Positions 9,215-22,970 of a DNA stretch of 64,000 nucleotides are shown here, in pieces (within the stretch, counting starts at the first letter, position 1; every line of letters starts with the position of its first letter). Where the stretch lies: assembly GCF_036321535.1 (NCBI RefSeq), contig NC_087452.1:34658001-34722000 (forward strand), read 5' to 3'. The notes under the pieces were generated by a model. The model was not told the DNA's origin, searched no databases, and worked only from the letters and a program-made list of their open reading frames with translations. This DNA comes from Camelus dromedarius (lineage: Eukaryota). The translations under genes and the position numbers were made by a program.

Positions 9215-12200
9215 TGTCACCTGATCCCACACAGAGATGGGTGAGGCAGCTGTTCCTTCCAGGAGGGCAGGGGGAGGCAGCAGGGCCGGGAGGGACAGGA
9301 CAGGGCTCCATTCTCAAGAACCCCATGCCCTTCACACTCCCCCGCCCTCCTCCTCCTCCACCAAGTAGGGGCTTAAGGAGACCTAGTCTGTGTGCAGTGC
9401 TGCTGGGGATGCTGTTCCTGCTGGTATGGAGGTGACAGTCCAGGAGGACCAGGCCTCTTGTTAATCACTCAGGGAGACGCAGTTCACTCTCCTGCTGGTG
9501 GGCTCTAAGGTCAGCCTGCAGGTACAATGTGCAGACTGTTCCACTTCCCTCACAATCTGAACTCTGCAAGACTACCCCACCCCCGGCTTTTGCTCTGGGC
9601 ATTGAGACACATCAGTCTTTCTTCTGCGAGGTCTCAGATTTCAGATGTGGGCTTGTGTTCAGGGATCCAATGGTACCACAATTGGCACCATTAGAAGCAA
9701 GCCTCCTGCTCATCGGGGTGAAGGGCTCTGCCTGAGTGAGAGACACACACAGTGACACACAGGCCACATGTCTGTTTGCCTGGGGGTTTCAGACACTGTC
9801 CCTGTCCTGCCCACTCCCCACTCTGTAGCTGACCTTTGTTGGGGGGCAGACTGGAATCACGGGGGAGGCGGCAGTCCCGGGAGCAGCCTCAACCAACCAT
9901 CGCTGGGACATTTCCCTCATTGGTGGAAACGTGTCTTCTGTTCCTCACTCCTTGGGGGGCCCACTCCCAGATGTGTCCCCCCTCCCTGAGGTCCCCAGCT
10001 GGGTGGAGCCCCTGTCCCCACTTCAGTGACCTGTCTATTGACTTGTCCTCTTCTGATGTCGATTCTGCCCGGTCTCACTTCCCTATTTTTCTGCTGGTGC
10101 TTCGAAGGAATCGCCTCCCAGAGCACCTGCTTCCTCTTGAATGCTGGCCTGAGCTCTGCTCCTGGGCCGACCTGCACCAACACACAGAGCCCCGTGTGTC
10201 AGAGGGACAGCGGGCGGGACCGCGCAGAGCACGTGCTCTGTAATCTGTCAGGCTCGTCTGTTCTTGGGGAGCAGGTGGGGCTGATTTCAGGCAGGTTAGA
10301 GGAACCCATGCTTCTCACTCTACGTCACCCCAGGTTGAGGCAGGAAACCTCACAGAGGAAACCCAGGGACTGTGTCGTGTCTCTGCCACAGCATACAAGA
10401 CTGCAAGAGCTACTTGTTAAAATTTCAGGATTTTCTGAGATGGTCATTAAACTCTTGGTCGCTTGAAAGCAGACTTGGTGGAAGAATTTACAGCATGGAA
10501 ATCAGCAAATGCTACACGTCAGGCCCATCACAGCTGGTCCATCACTGTCCAACCTGAGAGAGGGCTCACTCATCAGGATGATATGGGCTGTGCTGATGTC
10601 ATCTGTTTGCAGTTGTCTCCCAGGATTGCTGATCCTGCTTCAGGAGGGTGGGACAAGGATGCTGATGGCTCTCAGGTGCCATATTCCACGGCTTCAAGGC
10701 CTCCCCAAGAGAAGCCTGGGGGTTTTGTCCTCTCTGCCCCCATTCTGTGGCTGGTGACTGACTATGAGGGGACATCAGAGCCCAGCCCCTGCCACAGTCA
10801 CTCCTAAAGCAGGGGTGCAATTCTGGTTCCTGGGCTTTTCTAGGTGAGGCTGAAGCTGGGCTCACAGGGAGCATCTCTGTGCTCAGCTCCTTCCTCTGCA
10901 CAACCCTGCTCTCCTCCCCCTCCTGCTGACCACACCCCTCAATTAATCACATGACTCTGAATTCCCAGCTCAGGCCCTGCTTCTAGAGAAGCGGCCTAGG
11001 ATGGCGGTGGAGCTGTGTGGAGCCCGGCCAGCTCATCCCAGGTGGCTCGGGTGTGGGGCCTGACGTGGAGCTGAGAGAGAGGAGAGGCAGAGGTGTGCAG
11101 GGTAGGGGTGCGGGAGAGGGGTTGGGGCGGGGCAGCGCTGGCAGCCAAGGGGCCCTGAGGAGTTTACAAAGTGCTCAGAGTAGGACAGGAGGCCGAGAGC
11201 CCGGGGCGATGACTCCTAGTGGTTTCCCGGTGTTTGTGCAGATGTGGAGGCCACGGACCTCAGTGGGGGCAGCCTCAGAGATTTGGGGGCACAGAAGTCC
11301 CATGCAGTGAGGGGAGGAGAACCAAGAGGTAAGGAAGAGGGGAGGCCTTGAATGGGGACACACAGGGGCTTCTCCTTCCCCCAGACCCCCTCTGTGCGAG
11401 GGAGGGACACTGGGCTGTTATCAGGCAAGGTCCTTGTTGATGTGGCCCTTGACCCCCATTTCTGAGGTCTCCAGAGTCATTTTCGGGGCCCCTATATGTG
11501 ACAGGGCACTTCACATTGTCATGAATAGGGCAGAGAAAGAGAATTCTGAGGAGTATGGACATCTGAAAGCCATTGCTCCTCTGCCTGTGTGGCCCTAGGC
11601 AGAAGAAGAGATCTTTCTGGGCCTTTGTCTATCTGTAATTGGGACCCACATAGCCTAATTTGAGAGGATGGTCAATGGCTTAGCTCGAGAAACAAGGTCG
11701 AGTACCACATAGGGGCTGAATCTGAGGCGGAGGCTGATGGAGTCTAGGAGACCATAGTTAGTCTGGGTCCATCTCACGGCACAGATCTGGCTCGTGTGTT
11801 GGAGCAGGGACCCAGAGAGACACTTGGAATCCCCATCAGAGCAGCAGGAGGGAAATACATGTCATTCTGTCCTGAGCGAGCAGAATTGGCCCGTCTGCAC
11901 GAGCCTTTAGCGTCTGGTCCTTACTAGTCAGCAGCTGACACAGTGGGGGGCCTCCAGGCTTGCTCTGCTCCGACTGAGGGATGCCCGTGCCAGTCACATC
12001 CCGAGTCCTGTTCCCCAGCCCCATGGACTCTCTAGCTTCAGCCCGAGAGTGGGGGTTCCTTGTGTCCCATTCGCACCCCGTGTTCTCCTGTGTGTCACTC
12101 TGCCCCTGTGCCTACCCAGCCAGAGCAGGGAAGGATGCTGACAGGGGAGACAGGAGTACACTGGGACTTTCAGGGCCCTGGCACTTCTATCTTCCTGGGC

Positions 12201-15200
12201 CTCTTCATTCACAGAATACTCTTAAAACTTGTATTATACAACTGCATTCATATAAACATGAATATAACCCAAGCTGCTTTTCATCTTATGTATTCATCAA
12301 TATGTCAGTGTTTTCATCCGTGATTTTAAACAATTAAAAGTAAAACTTTCTGTGGATCCCTAGATGTCTCAGGGGCTAGGAACGCTGCCTAGTGTGCTGA
12401 CCGATAAGTGGGTCCTGGCAGGTGACGATCCTGTAGGCGCCCAGACACGCCTGCAGACACTAAATGCCTTCTGCTGTCTTTTCCAGGATGACTTAACCTC
12501 GTGGTTCTCTTTCAGCTCCTAGTTTCAGCTGAATTGGTCCATGGGAAAGAGGAAGCTGATCCTGAGCGGAGGGTCCTGACCCTCACCCTTGACCCAAATC
12601 CCTGCCTTCACAGCACCATGGCTGCCATCGCAGGTCCCTGCAGAGGGCAGGGGGCAGGGGGCAGGGCCTGAATCCTTCCCCTTGTCCCTGTGAAAAGGAC
12701 AGGTGGTGGGTCATTGAGGGGCATGACTCCATGTCCCCAGTCTGTCATTTCTTGAGTAGGAGGTCCTTGATGGAATGACGTAGCCCATGGGTCTCATTTT
12801 CCTCATCAAATGGGCAGTCAGAGCTGGTGGAGATTTCCAAGGTTAGGGGCACAGTTTGGGGTTCTGGTCCAGTTCCATTGCTCTGGAGCCTCTGGAGTCT
12901 CACAGACAGGAAGGATGGTTGGGAGGAGAAAAGGAGCCGGGACGTCCAGATCATGGCTAATTTCCTGAGGTTGTTGGCACGACGGGTGCATGAGGGTTTC
13001 TCAATGATCAGATGTGGAGTCAGGGGCCAACCAACCTGGGGACAAGGGCAGAGGAGCCTTTCCTGAGAACACGTCTGCTCTGACAGGCTATGAGGACAAA
13101 CCAGGAAAGTCAGATGCTAGAGGCAGGGACAGCACACCCCCATCCAGGCAGTTGTAGTCTGAGGACCTGACAGGCGACATTCCAAAGACCCAGACTGTCC
13201 AAAGTCTGAGCAAACGCAAAGGTGCAGAGGCAGGAAAGCACAGAGAGGATTTCAAGGGGATCTGATACCCGGTCACCGTGGGTTTTGCTAGTTATTTTCT
13301 ACTGCAATCACCTCCTTTTCTTCCTCCTTCTTGGGAAAAGGATACAGCTTGACCAAGAGGCCACTGGGGCAACACCCGGACTGTGACACCAGGTTGCACA
13401 GAAGCCCCTCTCTCCTTCCTTCTCGAAGGGTGAGTGCGAAACCAGCACATCCGACCAGGCTGTTACCTTCTGAGGTGCCCCATTCCGTTGCCCAGAGTCC
13501 CCAGGTCACAGGTGGCCATGGCCTATCCCAGGCCTTCAGTCTCAGGGCCATTCCATGGGACACTGGATTAGAATTGGCATCTGGTCTCTGGGATCCTCTA
13601 ACACATCGGCTCATTCACTTTCCCAGCTGGACCCCCTCCTCCTCCCTCTCTGGCCACTCCATCCTGGTGTCTCAACCTGAGCCCTGGAGAGGGAGTACCT
13701 TGGGGACAAGTCAGAAGAGACTTTGTGAGGCTGTGGGAGCTAAGATGGGGAGTTGCTGTTTCTCTGGTTGAAGGTCAGATAAGGCTTCACAAAACGAAAA
13801 GTCACGGCAGTCAGAGGGATCAGGTGTAGCGATATGAGAAGAGCAGAGGCTCCGAGGGGCCTGAGAGGTTGGGGTGGACGTGGCGGCCTGACACAGGGTT
13901 TTGCAGGTGAGCACCTGAGGACAACCTGATCCAGACCCTGAGCCACTGACTCAAGGCGGGAGGTTTGATGGACCCCTGGACAATGGCAGGGAACACTGGG
14001 CTGTGGTGTGGGAAGAGCCTGGAACCAGAAAAGGTGGAGTCTGGAGGTTGTGGCTACACTTCAGAGGAGAGGAGATGGTGGTAGGACAGGGCAGGGGTGA
14101 CAGTGGGGACAGGGAGGGCCCTCAGAGGAAGGAGCAGGTGGGGTTCCCAGGCTCTCAGCTCAGGGCTCCCGTGAGGGCTCCTAGCCAACAGCCCCAGACA
14201 GCCCTGTGCTGACAACCAGGAGTGTTCACAGGAGTGTTGCCTCGGACCCACAGACCAGTGATGTGTGTCCCTGATAACTAGTATCTGAGGAAGGGATGTG
14301 CCCAGAATGCATGAGAACTGCTTTGAGAAGCTGTACAGATCACGTGTGCAAGCCCTGCAGTAAAAGTTTTATTAAAAGTTCAGTACTTAGATTAGACAGA
14401 GCAGGAGGCACCCGGGAGGCCAGGAAGTGGACCCAGGAAGGTGGTCCCAGGGGAGAATGGGGGAGGGGGCAGTTTCAGTAGACAGAGGGGTCCCTGGCAC
14501 CTGTGAAGGCAAGGACAAGGCTTCAGCATGCCCTTTGTATCATTCGAAAGCTGTTAAGCAGGCATGGACCTTGAGTTGAAAGAGGACAAATAGTGGGGTC
14601 AGAGTGTAGATGAGCCTTCTCTTACTGGCTGTCTGGGTAAGGGGAACAGTGTGCATCTGGAAGGGGCTGGGACAGGACATTTTTAGAGTGAAGAAGGCAA
14701 AGGAGAAGAATCCAGAAGAGGGGACAGTGGAGGAGATGCCCTGACTGGCTGAGGGCTGGGTCCGCAGAATAGGACGGTGTGGCCCTGATGTCTGCCTAGG
14801 GAGTGGATGGGTGTGAAAGGCACTAGATGGGGGTGGTCCTGCCATCTATTCATCATATGTTAACTGAGTGCCTACTGGGGGCCAGGAGGCCCAGGAGCTG
14901 GAGGTTGTGTGGTGAATACACTCTTTCAGCCTGATTCTGAGGAGATCACAGTGAGGAGGCCGAGAGGGTGTAGGACACAGCCATTCCCTCTGTCTCCTGG
15001 AGGACTCAACCCTGTGGAGCAACCCTGCCCATGAAACTCCCCATGGGGCCCAGGAGAGGCCGAGATGCTGTCAGGGAGATGGAGGAACCTTTTCTTCACC
15101 TTGCACAGGAGGCAGACCTCACCCACTGCCCAGCAATCCCCTGAGGCAAGAGCGGGGCCTGAGGCAAGTCCAGCTCACACCCTGGCCGGGGACAGGGATG

Positions 15201-18200
15201 GGGCAGGTGGGGAAGGCTCCTGCTTGAGCAATTGCATCAGGCCCAGGCTGAGCATAAAGGAGGGTCCTGTGGGCTGGGAGGAGGCAGACTCGGGGACCAT
15301 GGAGACCCAGAGGGCCAGCCTCTCCCTGGGCCGCTGGCCACTGTGGCTACTGCTGCTGGGACTAGCGGTGCCTTGGGCCAGCGCCCAGGCCCTGAGCTAT
15401 AGGGAGGCGGTGCTTCGAGCTGTGGATCGCCTCAATGAGCAGTCCTCAGACCCCAATCTCTACCGCCTCCTGGAGCTGGACCTGCCGCCCAAGGCTGTGA
15501 GTCGGGGAGGGGCTGGGGAGGGAGGCGTCTCCCGCCAGGCTTGGCCACACTGTCCCTCCCTTTGCTCGCGCTGTACCTCCTGTCAGGAAGGCACCTCTCC
15601 CTCTAGGTGGGATCCCACCTCTAACAGAAATCTTCCCAGAGCTGGGTCCCTTCCCGTCGTGAGAACCTTCTGCCTGGCATCTCTGCTGTGGGAACAGAGC
15701 CCTGACAGCCCGCTCAGGCTCCAGGGACTCCTTGGGGCTCCAGGGATACGCCGGGGTCACTGGCTCTGGGATGTGACTTCCCTGCTTCCAATCCCCTGTG
15801 CACCCCATTGTCTTCCCACCAGGGAAGGGCTGTGCTCAGCCCGGGTGTTCCAGTTTCAAGGTCTTTCCCTGCAGGTGTCCCCTGACTTCCCTCAGCCTCT
15901 CCAAGTAGAGTTGCCCCTCAGGAGAGCGGGTATGAGTTCCATTCCTGCTCCCTGTGTGCCTGGGAGCTCAAGACTAGGCTGTGTCCTCCTCTCCTCTGCA
16001 CCCAGCTCCCAGCCCAGGGCCAGGCACATGGGACGGGCTGTCAAGGGGGCTGTCCTGCTGGGGGCAGGGACACAGGTCACACAAAGAAGCATGAGCCTGA
16101 GCCAGTCTCCCTACTTTGATCCTTGAGCAGGACGAGGACCCAGATGCCCCGAAGCCTGTGAGCTTCACGGTGAAGGAGACCGTATGTCCCAAGAGGACAC
16201 AGCTGCCTCCGGAGCAGTGTGACTTCAAGGAGAATGGGGTGAGGCTGGGGGCTTCGGGCGCTGGTGGGTGCCTCCCAAGACCCAAACAGGAGCCTTGGGG
16301 CAGGTGGTGGTTAGCAGCCCCTGTGGTGAGTCTGGGTGTTTATGGCTCAGGGGTTCCAGTGTGACTTGGAGTCTCCCCTTCCAGGTGGTGAAACAGTGTT
16401 TGGGGACAGTCAACCTGTACCAGCTCAGGGACAACTTCGATATAACATGTAATGAGGTGAGTGACCCCTTCTGGGCTGCAGGGGCTACTGATGGAGGTGG
16501 TGTGTGAAACAGCCTTTGGACCAATTCCCCGCTGTGCCATCCCTGTAGTGGCAGGAGGGACCTCCTCCCCTGGCTCCCCTTTACCTGAGCCCCAGGTCTC
16601 CAGGCCGGGCTCTGCAGTCCCTTAAAGCAGTGGTTCTCTCAGTGGGCTCCCCTCTTGGGAACTAGAGAAAAAGGCTGATTCTCAGGCATGACTCAGACCT
16701 ACAGAATCATTGTGTGATGTGGAGCCCAGTAATTTCTATTTTAAGAGCCCTTCTGAAGGATTTCTGAGTGTGCTGAAGCTTGAGAGGCAGTGACTAGAGA
16801 CAGGACCTTTCTGCCCCTGCTCCCGTCCTGCTTTTCTGAGATGGGTTTGTGCCCCTGGGAAGCCCCCTGTCATCTCTGGACCTTGGTCCTCATCTGTCTG
16901 TGGGAGTGATGATTCAACCACGTGCTCCAAGTGACACAGACAAGGAGGTCTAATGGTGCCTCAAGTCTCCTTCGGTGTTCCAAGATGGAAGAATTTCAGA
17001 TGGGGAGGGATCTGGTCTTGTCCCTAAGTCAGTCCTCACAAGAATCCTGTTTCCTTCTGCTTCACAGCTCCAAAGTGTCGGGTTATTTGGCCCGATTCTT
17101 GGTATCGTCCGTGCCGGTGTGAAATTGGTTCTAGATAAGTTTGGCAAATAATCGGATAGATTGGTGATAAAATTCGCCCAGGGTAGAGTCCTAATGATCA
17201 CCTAACTCTGGCTCAGTTGTTCAAACTCTGGAAATAAATTCTTATGAATTTCAAATTCACCTGTCTCTTGTCCTACTCTTACCAGGGGTCCTTAACCCCC
17301 ATTGCCCTCTTGAGTGTGTGTGTGTGTGTGCGCGCGTGTGTGGTCACTTCCGTGAACACAGAGATGGGTGTGGCAGCTGTTCCTTCCAGGAGGGCAGGGG
17401 GAGGCAGCAGGGCCGGGAGGGACAGGACAGGGCTCCATTCTCAGGAACCCCATGCCCTTCACACTCCCCCGCCCTCCTCCTCCTCCACCAAGTAGGGGCT
17501 TAAAGAGACCTAGTCTGTGTGCAGTGCTGCTGGGGATGCTGTTCCTGCTGGTATGGAGGTGACAGTCCAGGAGGACCAGGTGGCTTGTTAATCACTCGGG
17601 GAGACACAGCTCTGTCTCCTGCTGGTGGGCTCTAAGGTCAGCCTGCAGGTACAATGTCCAGATTGTTCCACTTCCCTCACAATCTGAACACTGAAAGAGC
17701 CCATCCTTCCTGGCTTTTGCTCTGGGCATTGAGACACATCAGTCTTTCTCCTGTGGGGTCTCAGATTTCAGATGTGGGCTTGTGTTCAGGGATCCAATGG
17801 TACCACAATTGGCACCATTAGAAGCAAGCCTCCTGCTCATCGGGGTGAAGGGCTCTGCCTGAGTGAGAGACACACACAGTGACACACAGGCCACATGTCT
17901 GTTTGCCTGGGGGTTTCAGACACTGTCCCTGTCCTGCCCACTCCCCACTCTGTAGCTGACCTTTGTTGGGGGGCAGACTGGAATCACGGGGGAGGCGGCA
18001 GTCCCGGGAGCAGCCTCAACCAACCATCGCTGGGACATTTCCCTCATTGGTGGAAACGTCTCTTCTGTTCCTCACTCCTTGGGGGGCCCACTCCCAGATG
18101 TGTCCCCCCTCCCTGAGGTCCCCAGCTGGGTGGAGCCCCTGTCCCCACTTCAGTGACCTGTCTATTGACTTGTCCTCTTCTGATGTCGATTCTGCCCGGT

Positions 18201-18470
18201 CTCACTTCTCTATTTTTCTGCTGGTGCTTCAAAGGAATCGCCTCCCAGAGCACCTGCTTCCTCTTGAATGCTGGCCTGAGCTCTGCTCCTGGGCCAACCT
18301 GCACCAACACACAGAGCCCCGTGTGTCAGAGGGACAGCGGGCGGGACCGCTCAGAGCACGTGCTCTGTAATCTGTCAGGCTCGTCTGTTCTTGGGGAGCA
18401 GTTGGGGCTGATTTCAGGCAGGTTAGAGGAACCCATGCTTCTCACTCTATGTCACCCCAGGTTGAGGGAG
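9215..18470 (+). repeat. Segmental duplication, copy 1 of a ~9-kb block repeated ~17.36 kb downstream (about 26580-35850)
   Basis: Near-identical spurious ORFs recur at offsets of 17,356-17,382 bp (11981/29344, 12745/30101, 16736/34096, 17963/35345). The 3'-flank block also recurs at about 8.13-8.15 kb spacing. Confidence 0.9.
15299..17151 (+). CDS. CATHL: Cathelicidin gene 2, 153-aa precursor; predicted mature [21 protein letters not shown](-GK)
   Basis: Exons 15299-15496, 16131-16238, 16385-16456, 17068-17151 with GT-AG sites and four Cys. AATAAA at 17233-17238. Confidence 0.95.
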
Positions 18471-19419
18471 GTTCTACAGAGGAAACTAAGGGAATTACTT
18501 CTGTCCGCCGCTGGATACTTCATTGCGACAGGCAGAACAGAGACCGGGGGAGGATCTGAGCCACGTCACTGAGCCCCCCAGCCCCAGACAGGAGCCTGCA
18601 GGTGCTGTGGGGTCTGGGGGCCCTGTTGGGGATGGGTGCTGAGGCTCAGGCTTCCGAGGGCAGACCCTAGGAGTGGTCTGGGATTGGCAGTGTGGGGACC
18701 GCCTGAGAGGGCTGGAGCGCGGTAAGGGCTGAAACTGGGAGTGTGTGCGAAGGAATCGGTCTGTCATAACCCCCGTTATTAGGTTGCTGCGGAGGGAGGA
18801 GCGGAACTCCTCACTCTGCCTGGCCCGCTGGCCCCTGGGAGCTGTGGGAGGGCAGAGTGCTGGGGCAGAGGCGGGGCCCAGGTCTGAGCCCATTCTCAGA
18901 ATGAGCTAAGTTCAAGGTTGTTGTGTGGGTTTGGCCGCTGCAGCTGTTCAGCCTCCAAGACATCCGTTTACACCTGTGCATGAACAAGGTCCCTGTGCTC
19001 AGTGGGCAGAGTTGTGGGCTGTGATGCTTGCCCCGGAAGACAGCCCCCAAAATTTATCTTGTTCACTCTGTCTGTGCCTCCCTAGTGGTTCTAACTGGGG
19101 CCACAGGTGTGGACTTTCGCCCTCACTGGCCCTGAAATAGGTAAATGAACGGTGACTGTCCCTGCTGAGCAAGGCATCCCCTGCTTGGAGGTCACGTCCA
19201 CTGGGGAGAGATTTTCTATGGAGAGGAGGGGAGATGCCCTCCTCTCTCCAGCCCCATCTCACTGAGTTTGGTAACTGCTCTCAGAGCAGCTCTGGGACCC
19301 TTCCCATCGCCAAGGCAAAACCTGCTTCTGGGGTTGTCATAGTGACAACACTGTGAAGAGCACCTGGGCCCACGGAGTCCTACACCCATCGTGCCTCCTC
19401 CTCCTGCTCCTCCTCCCTC

Positions 19420-20180
19420 CTCACCCACTTCTTTTTAATTGTAAGCGTTGTTAAGGGACATATCCTCCTTATAAAATATTCAAGCAATCCTAGTACAAAT
19501 ACACTCCTTTTGACAACTTGCTTTCCTGCCTCACGCATCACAATCTCCACATTAGAAACAACCTCCATTCATCAATCGTGTGAGTGTCTGTTCTGATGTT
19601 TTTTCTAGACATGTATATACATATAGGCACATAAAGATACCGTGTCTTGCTTTATGGTGACTGATGTTTACATAAATGGAATCAGTTAGTACGTTTATTT
19701 TGCAATTGGCCTTTTCCCCTTAAAGATACATCTGGCAACTTTCTAGTTTTAAAACCTTCAATTGAAATATTACAACTACATAAGAAAAACACACCACTGA
19801 TAAATGGACAGCTTGCTGAGTGCTTGCTATGTGAACGCCAAAGTGTAATCAGCACCCAGAAGTCTCCTCCCCCTTCTACCCTTAACCATGACCCCGACTT
19901 TGAACGCCACAGATCAGTGATGCCAGATTTTGAAATGTGTAGAAAATAGAACCATACCGTATATACGCTTTTCAGGTAATTTCTTCATGCAACATGTTTG
20001 TGAGAATCCTCCGTGTTATTGTGTGTAATTATCTTCGTTCATATTTTGTTGCTAAGTTGTAGTCCGCTGTATAAATATACCAGAATACGCTTATTCTTTT
20101 ACTTATGAAGGATATTTGGGTAGTTGCCAGCTCATTTTTTGAAACGGCTGCACTGTAGTCCATATGGTGGACATAGCATT
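19420..20180 (-). mobile_element. Old L1 (L1M-type) 3' fragments
   Basis: AT-rich sequence with L1 3' UTR-like antisense phrases (ttcatgcaacatgtttgtgagaatcctccgtgtt, gtagtccgctgtataaatatacc). Boundaries are approximate. Confidence 0.55.
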
Positions 20181-22970
20181 CGCACCAATACGTGTCTCAA
20201 GGGTTTCTAGTTCCCCAACTCGGCCCAACAAAGATACAAGGAAGCACCATGGTTTCTTCCTCCCCATGCACGTGAGTGAGGCTCCCGACAAGTGGGACTT
20301 CAGGGGGACGCCGACAATGGCCTGTGCTGTGGCAGGCTCTCCATGTGAGCATGTCCTGGGGGTGGCTATGGAGTGGATGGCTGCTGTCCCTCTTTCCCCC
20401 AGGAGTCTGGAAGGCTCTGTAGAGACTGGGACTCTGATCCTCATGTCCAAGTTCGTATGGGAGGAGTTTCTCTATGGAGGAGAAGAGGGCCTTCCATGCA
20501 TGTGTAAGAAATCTCCCATTTTACAAACCAGGAGAAAGAGGTGCAGTTGGTGAAGGTCTGGTTTAAGGTCACGTATGTGCTCCCCAGGTTGGGCAGAAGG
20601 CAGGACCAGAGGACAGGTCGCTCAGCCCTGACCCTGGCTCCTTCTCTTGTACCATTTTGAAGTCCAGGGCTTGGGGCTGGGATAAGGAAGTGTCTAAACA
20701 CAGGTGAGACTGTGCTTTTTCCAGTTGGGGGTTTTAACTGCAGGATGGGATGTCTGCCTCAACCAGACTGGGATGGGAAATAGAGGGGGATGGGAAAGGA
20801 GGGAACCCACGTAGGGTGCCAGGCGGTGGAAACACACTCTTACCAGCTCCAGCAGGACCGTCTGCTCCCACCTCTTGGCTGGGGTGTCCTCTGTTGGGTT
20901 GGGGGGAACGTTAGGAGAGAACCCAAGGCCTAGCCTGACCATCTCGAGGCACAGCTACTGTGACCTTGGAGACCCTCCCAGTCCTGACCCGGCTCCTTAG
21001 ACCCCCTTCCCTCTCACCCTGCTCCTCTCGCTGTCTAAGCAAGAACTCAGCCAGGGAATGCAGGAAATGGAGGCAGTGCCCAGATGCGCCTGTCTACAGC
21101 TCACCCTCCCGCTCCCCGTGTGGGCTTCTCAGTTGTGTCTGAGACAATGAGAGCTGGGCTCCCACTCATTGCTGCTGCGAGTTCCCACCAGGGCAGAGTT
21201 TTCCCAAAGAAGTCACAGCTGATAAGAGGCCAACCAATGATCAGACACATGTCTGCTGGACTCCAGAGTCTAAGGACCCATCGAGCCCTCGGGGGCCGCT
21301 TTCTGCCCTGTTGATAATAAGAGATGCTGTTTCTGGACCATCAATCCTGGTCTCTTTGGTCCCAACTTCTTTCCGTGGGTTGACTCCTTTATCAGACCTC
21401 ATCCTTGATCAGCCACCTGTCCCCATGGAAGGATGGGGAAGGGGACCTCAGTCCTAAGGTTTAGGAAACACAAAGGTGCAGAGGCAGGAAAGCACAGGGA
21501 GGATTTCAGGGGGACCTGATACCTGGTCACCGTGGCTATTGCTAGTTATTTTCTCCTGTAATCACCTCCTTTTCCAACTCTGACTTGGGAAAATGATACA
21601 GCTTGACCAAGAGGCCACTGGGGCAACACCTGGACTGTGTTACCAGGTTGCACAGAAGCCCCTCTCTCCTTCCTTCTCCATGGCTGAGAGTGCAACCAGG
21701 GCCATCTGTCCAGACTATCGCCTTCTGACTTGCCCCAGCCAAACACCGAGAATCCCACAGGTCACCTGAGGCCAATTGGTACCCCAGTCATTCCATGGGA
21801 GACTGGATTAGAACTTGTGTCATGGTCTCTGGGCCACTGTAACACATTGGCTCATTCATTCTCCCAGCTGAGCTCCCTTGTCCTCCCACACTGGCCACCT
21901 CAGAGCCCTGGAGAAGGGGTCACTTGGGGACAAGTCAGAACAGACTTCCTGAGGCTATGGGAGCCAAGATAGGAGTTGCTGTTTCTCTGGTTGAAGGTCA
22001 GACAAGGCTTCACATGGTGGAAGGTCACAGCAAGCAGAGGGATCAGGTGCAGAGTCGGGAGGAAGGGAAAGAGCTCGAGACAGGCCTGAGAGGTCGGGGT
22101 GCACGTGGCAGCCTGACCTGAGCATGCAGGGCAGCGAGTGAGGACCGTGGGAAGCATCAAGGTTCAGACCCTGATGCCGGGAGGAGGTGTGTGAGCTGCT
22201 GAAGGCAGGGGGTAAAATGGCCAAATCGGCAATTTGATGGAGCCCCCAGACACAATGTGGAAGGAGAATTGATTTCTAGAAGAGCCTGGAACCAGAGACG
22301 GTGGAGTCTGGAGGTTGTCACTACACTTCAGAGGAGAGGGGGTGGTGGCAGGACAGGGCAGGGGTGACGGGGGGACAGGGAGGGCCCTCAGAGGAAGAAG
22401 GAGCCAGTGGGGGCTCCCAGGCTGCCAGCTCAGGGCTCCCGTGGGGGCTCCCAGCCGACAGCCCCAGACAGCCCTGTGCGGACAGCCAGGGGTGTTCACA
22501 GGAGTCTTGACTCAGAGACACAGACCAGTGATGTGTGTCCCTGGTAACTGGTATCTGAGGAAGGGATGTGCCCAGGAATGTGTGAGGACTGCGAGGAGAA
22601 GCCATCTGGGTGCACCTGTGCAAGCCCTGTGTATTACGAAGAGGGTCCTGGGAGGAGACGGAGAAAAAAGAGGAAACAAGGTGGCAGGAGGGGACTCAGG
22701 AGAGCGACACCAGCAGAGAATGGGGCAGGAGGCGGTTGCGGGAGGACAGAGGGAAGCCCAGAGCCTGTGTAAATAAAGACAGCGCGTCAGCATGGGTTTT
22801 GGATCCAGCGACGGCTGGCCAGCTTATAGGGCCTTGAGTGTGAGAGAAAACACATTGGGGTCACGATGCGGGTGATCCGATCTCAGGCTTGGTTGTGGGG
22901 AATCTCGGGCTTGGTTTTGGGAGGCAGGACAGCAGGACAAGATAGTGGGGTCTGGGGACACGACATTTTT

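Noticed and set aside
8940-9335. Trp-rich antisense ORF ([12 protein letters not shown]...) resembling indolicidin
   Set aside because: It is the reverse complement of CCA (Pro) codons in gene 1 exon 4, with no independent gene structure.
9768-12337. Many 60-150-aa ORFs recurring three or four times in the window
   Set aside because: Recurrence reflects segmental duplication. There are no recognizable domains, and stops and frames vary between copies.
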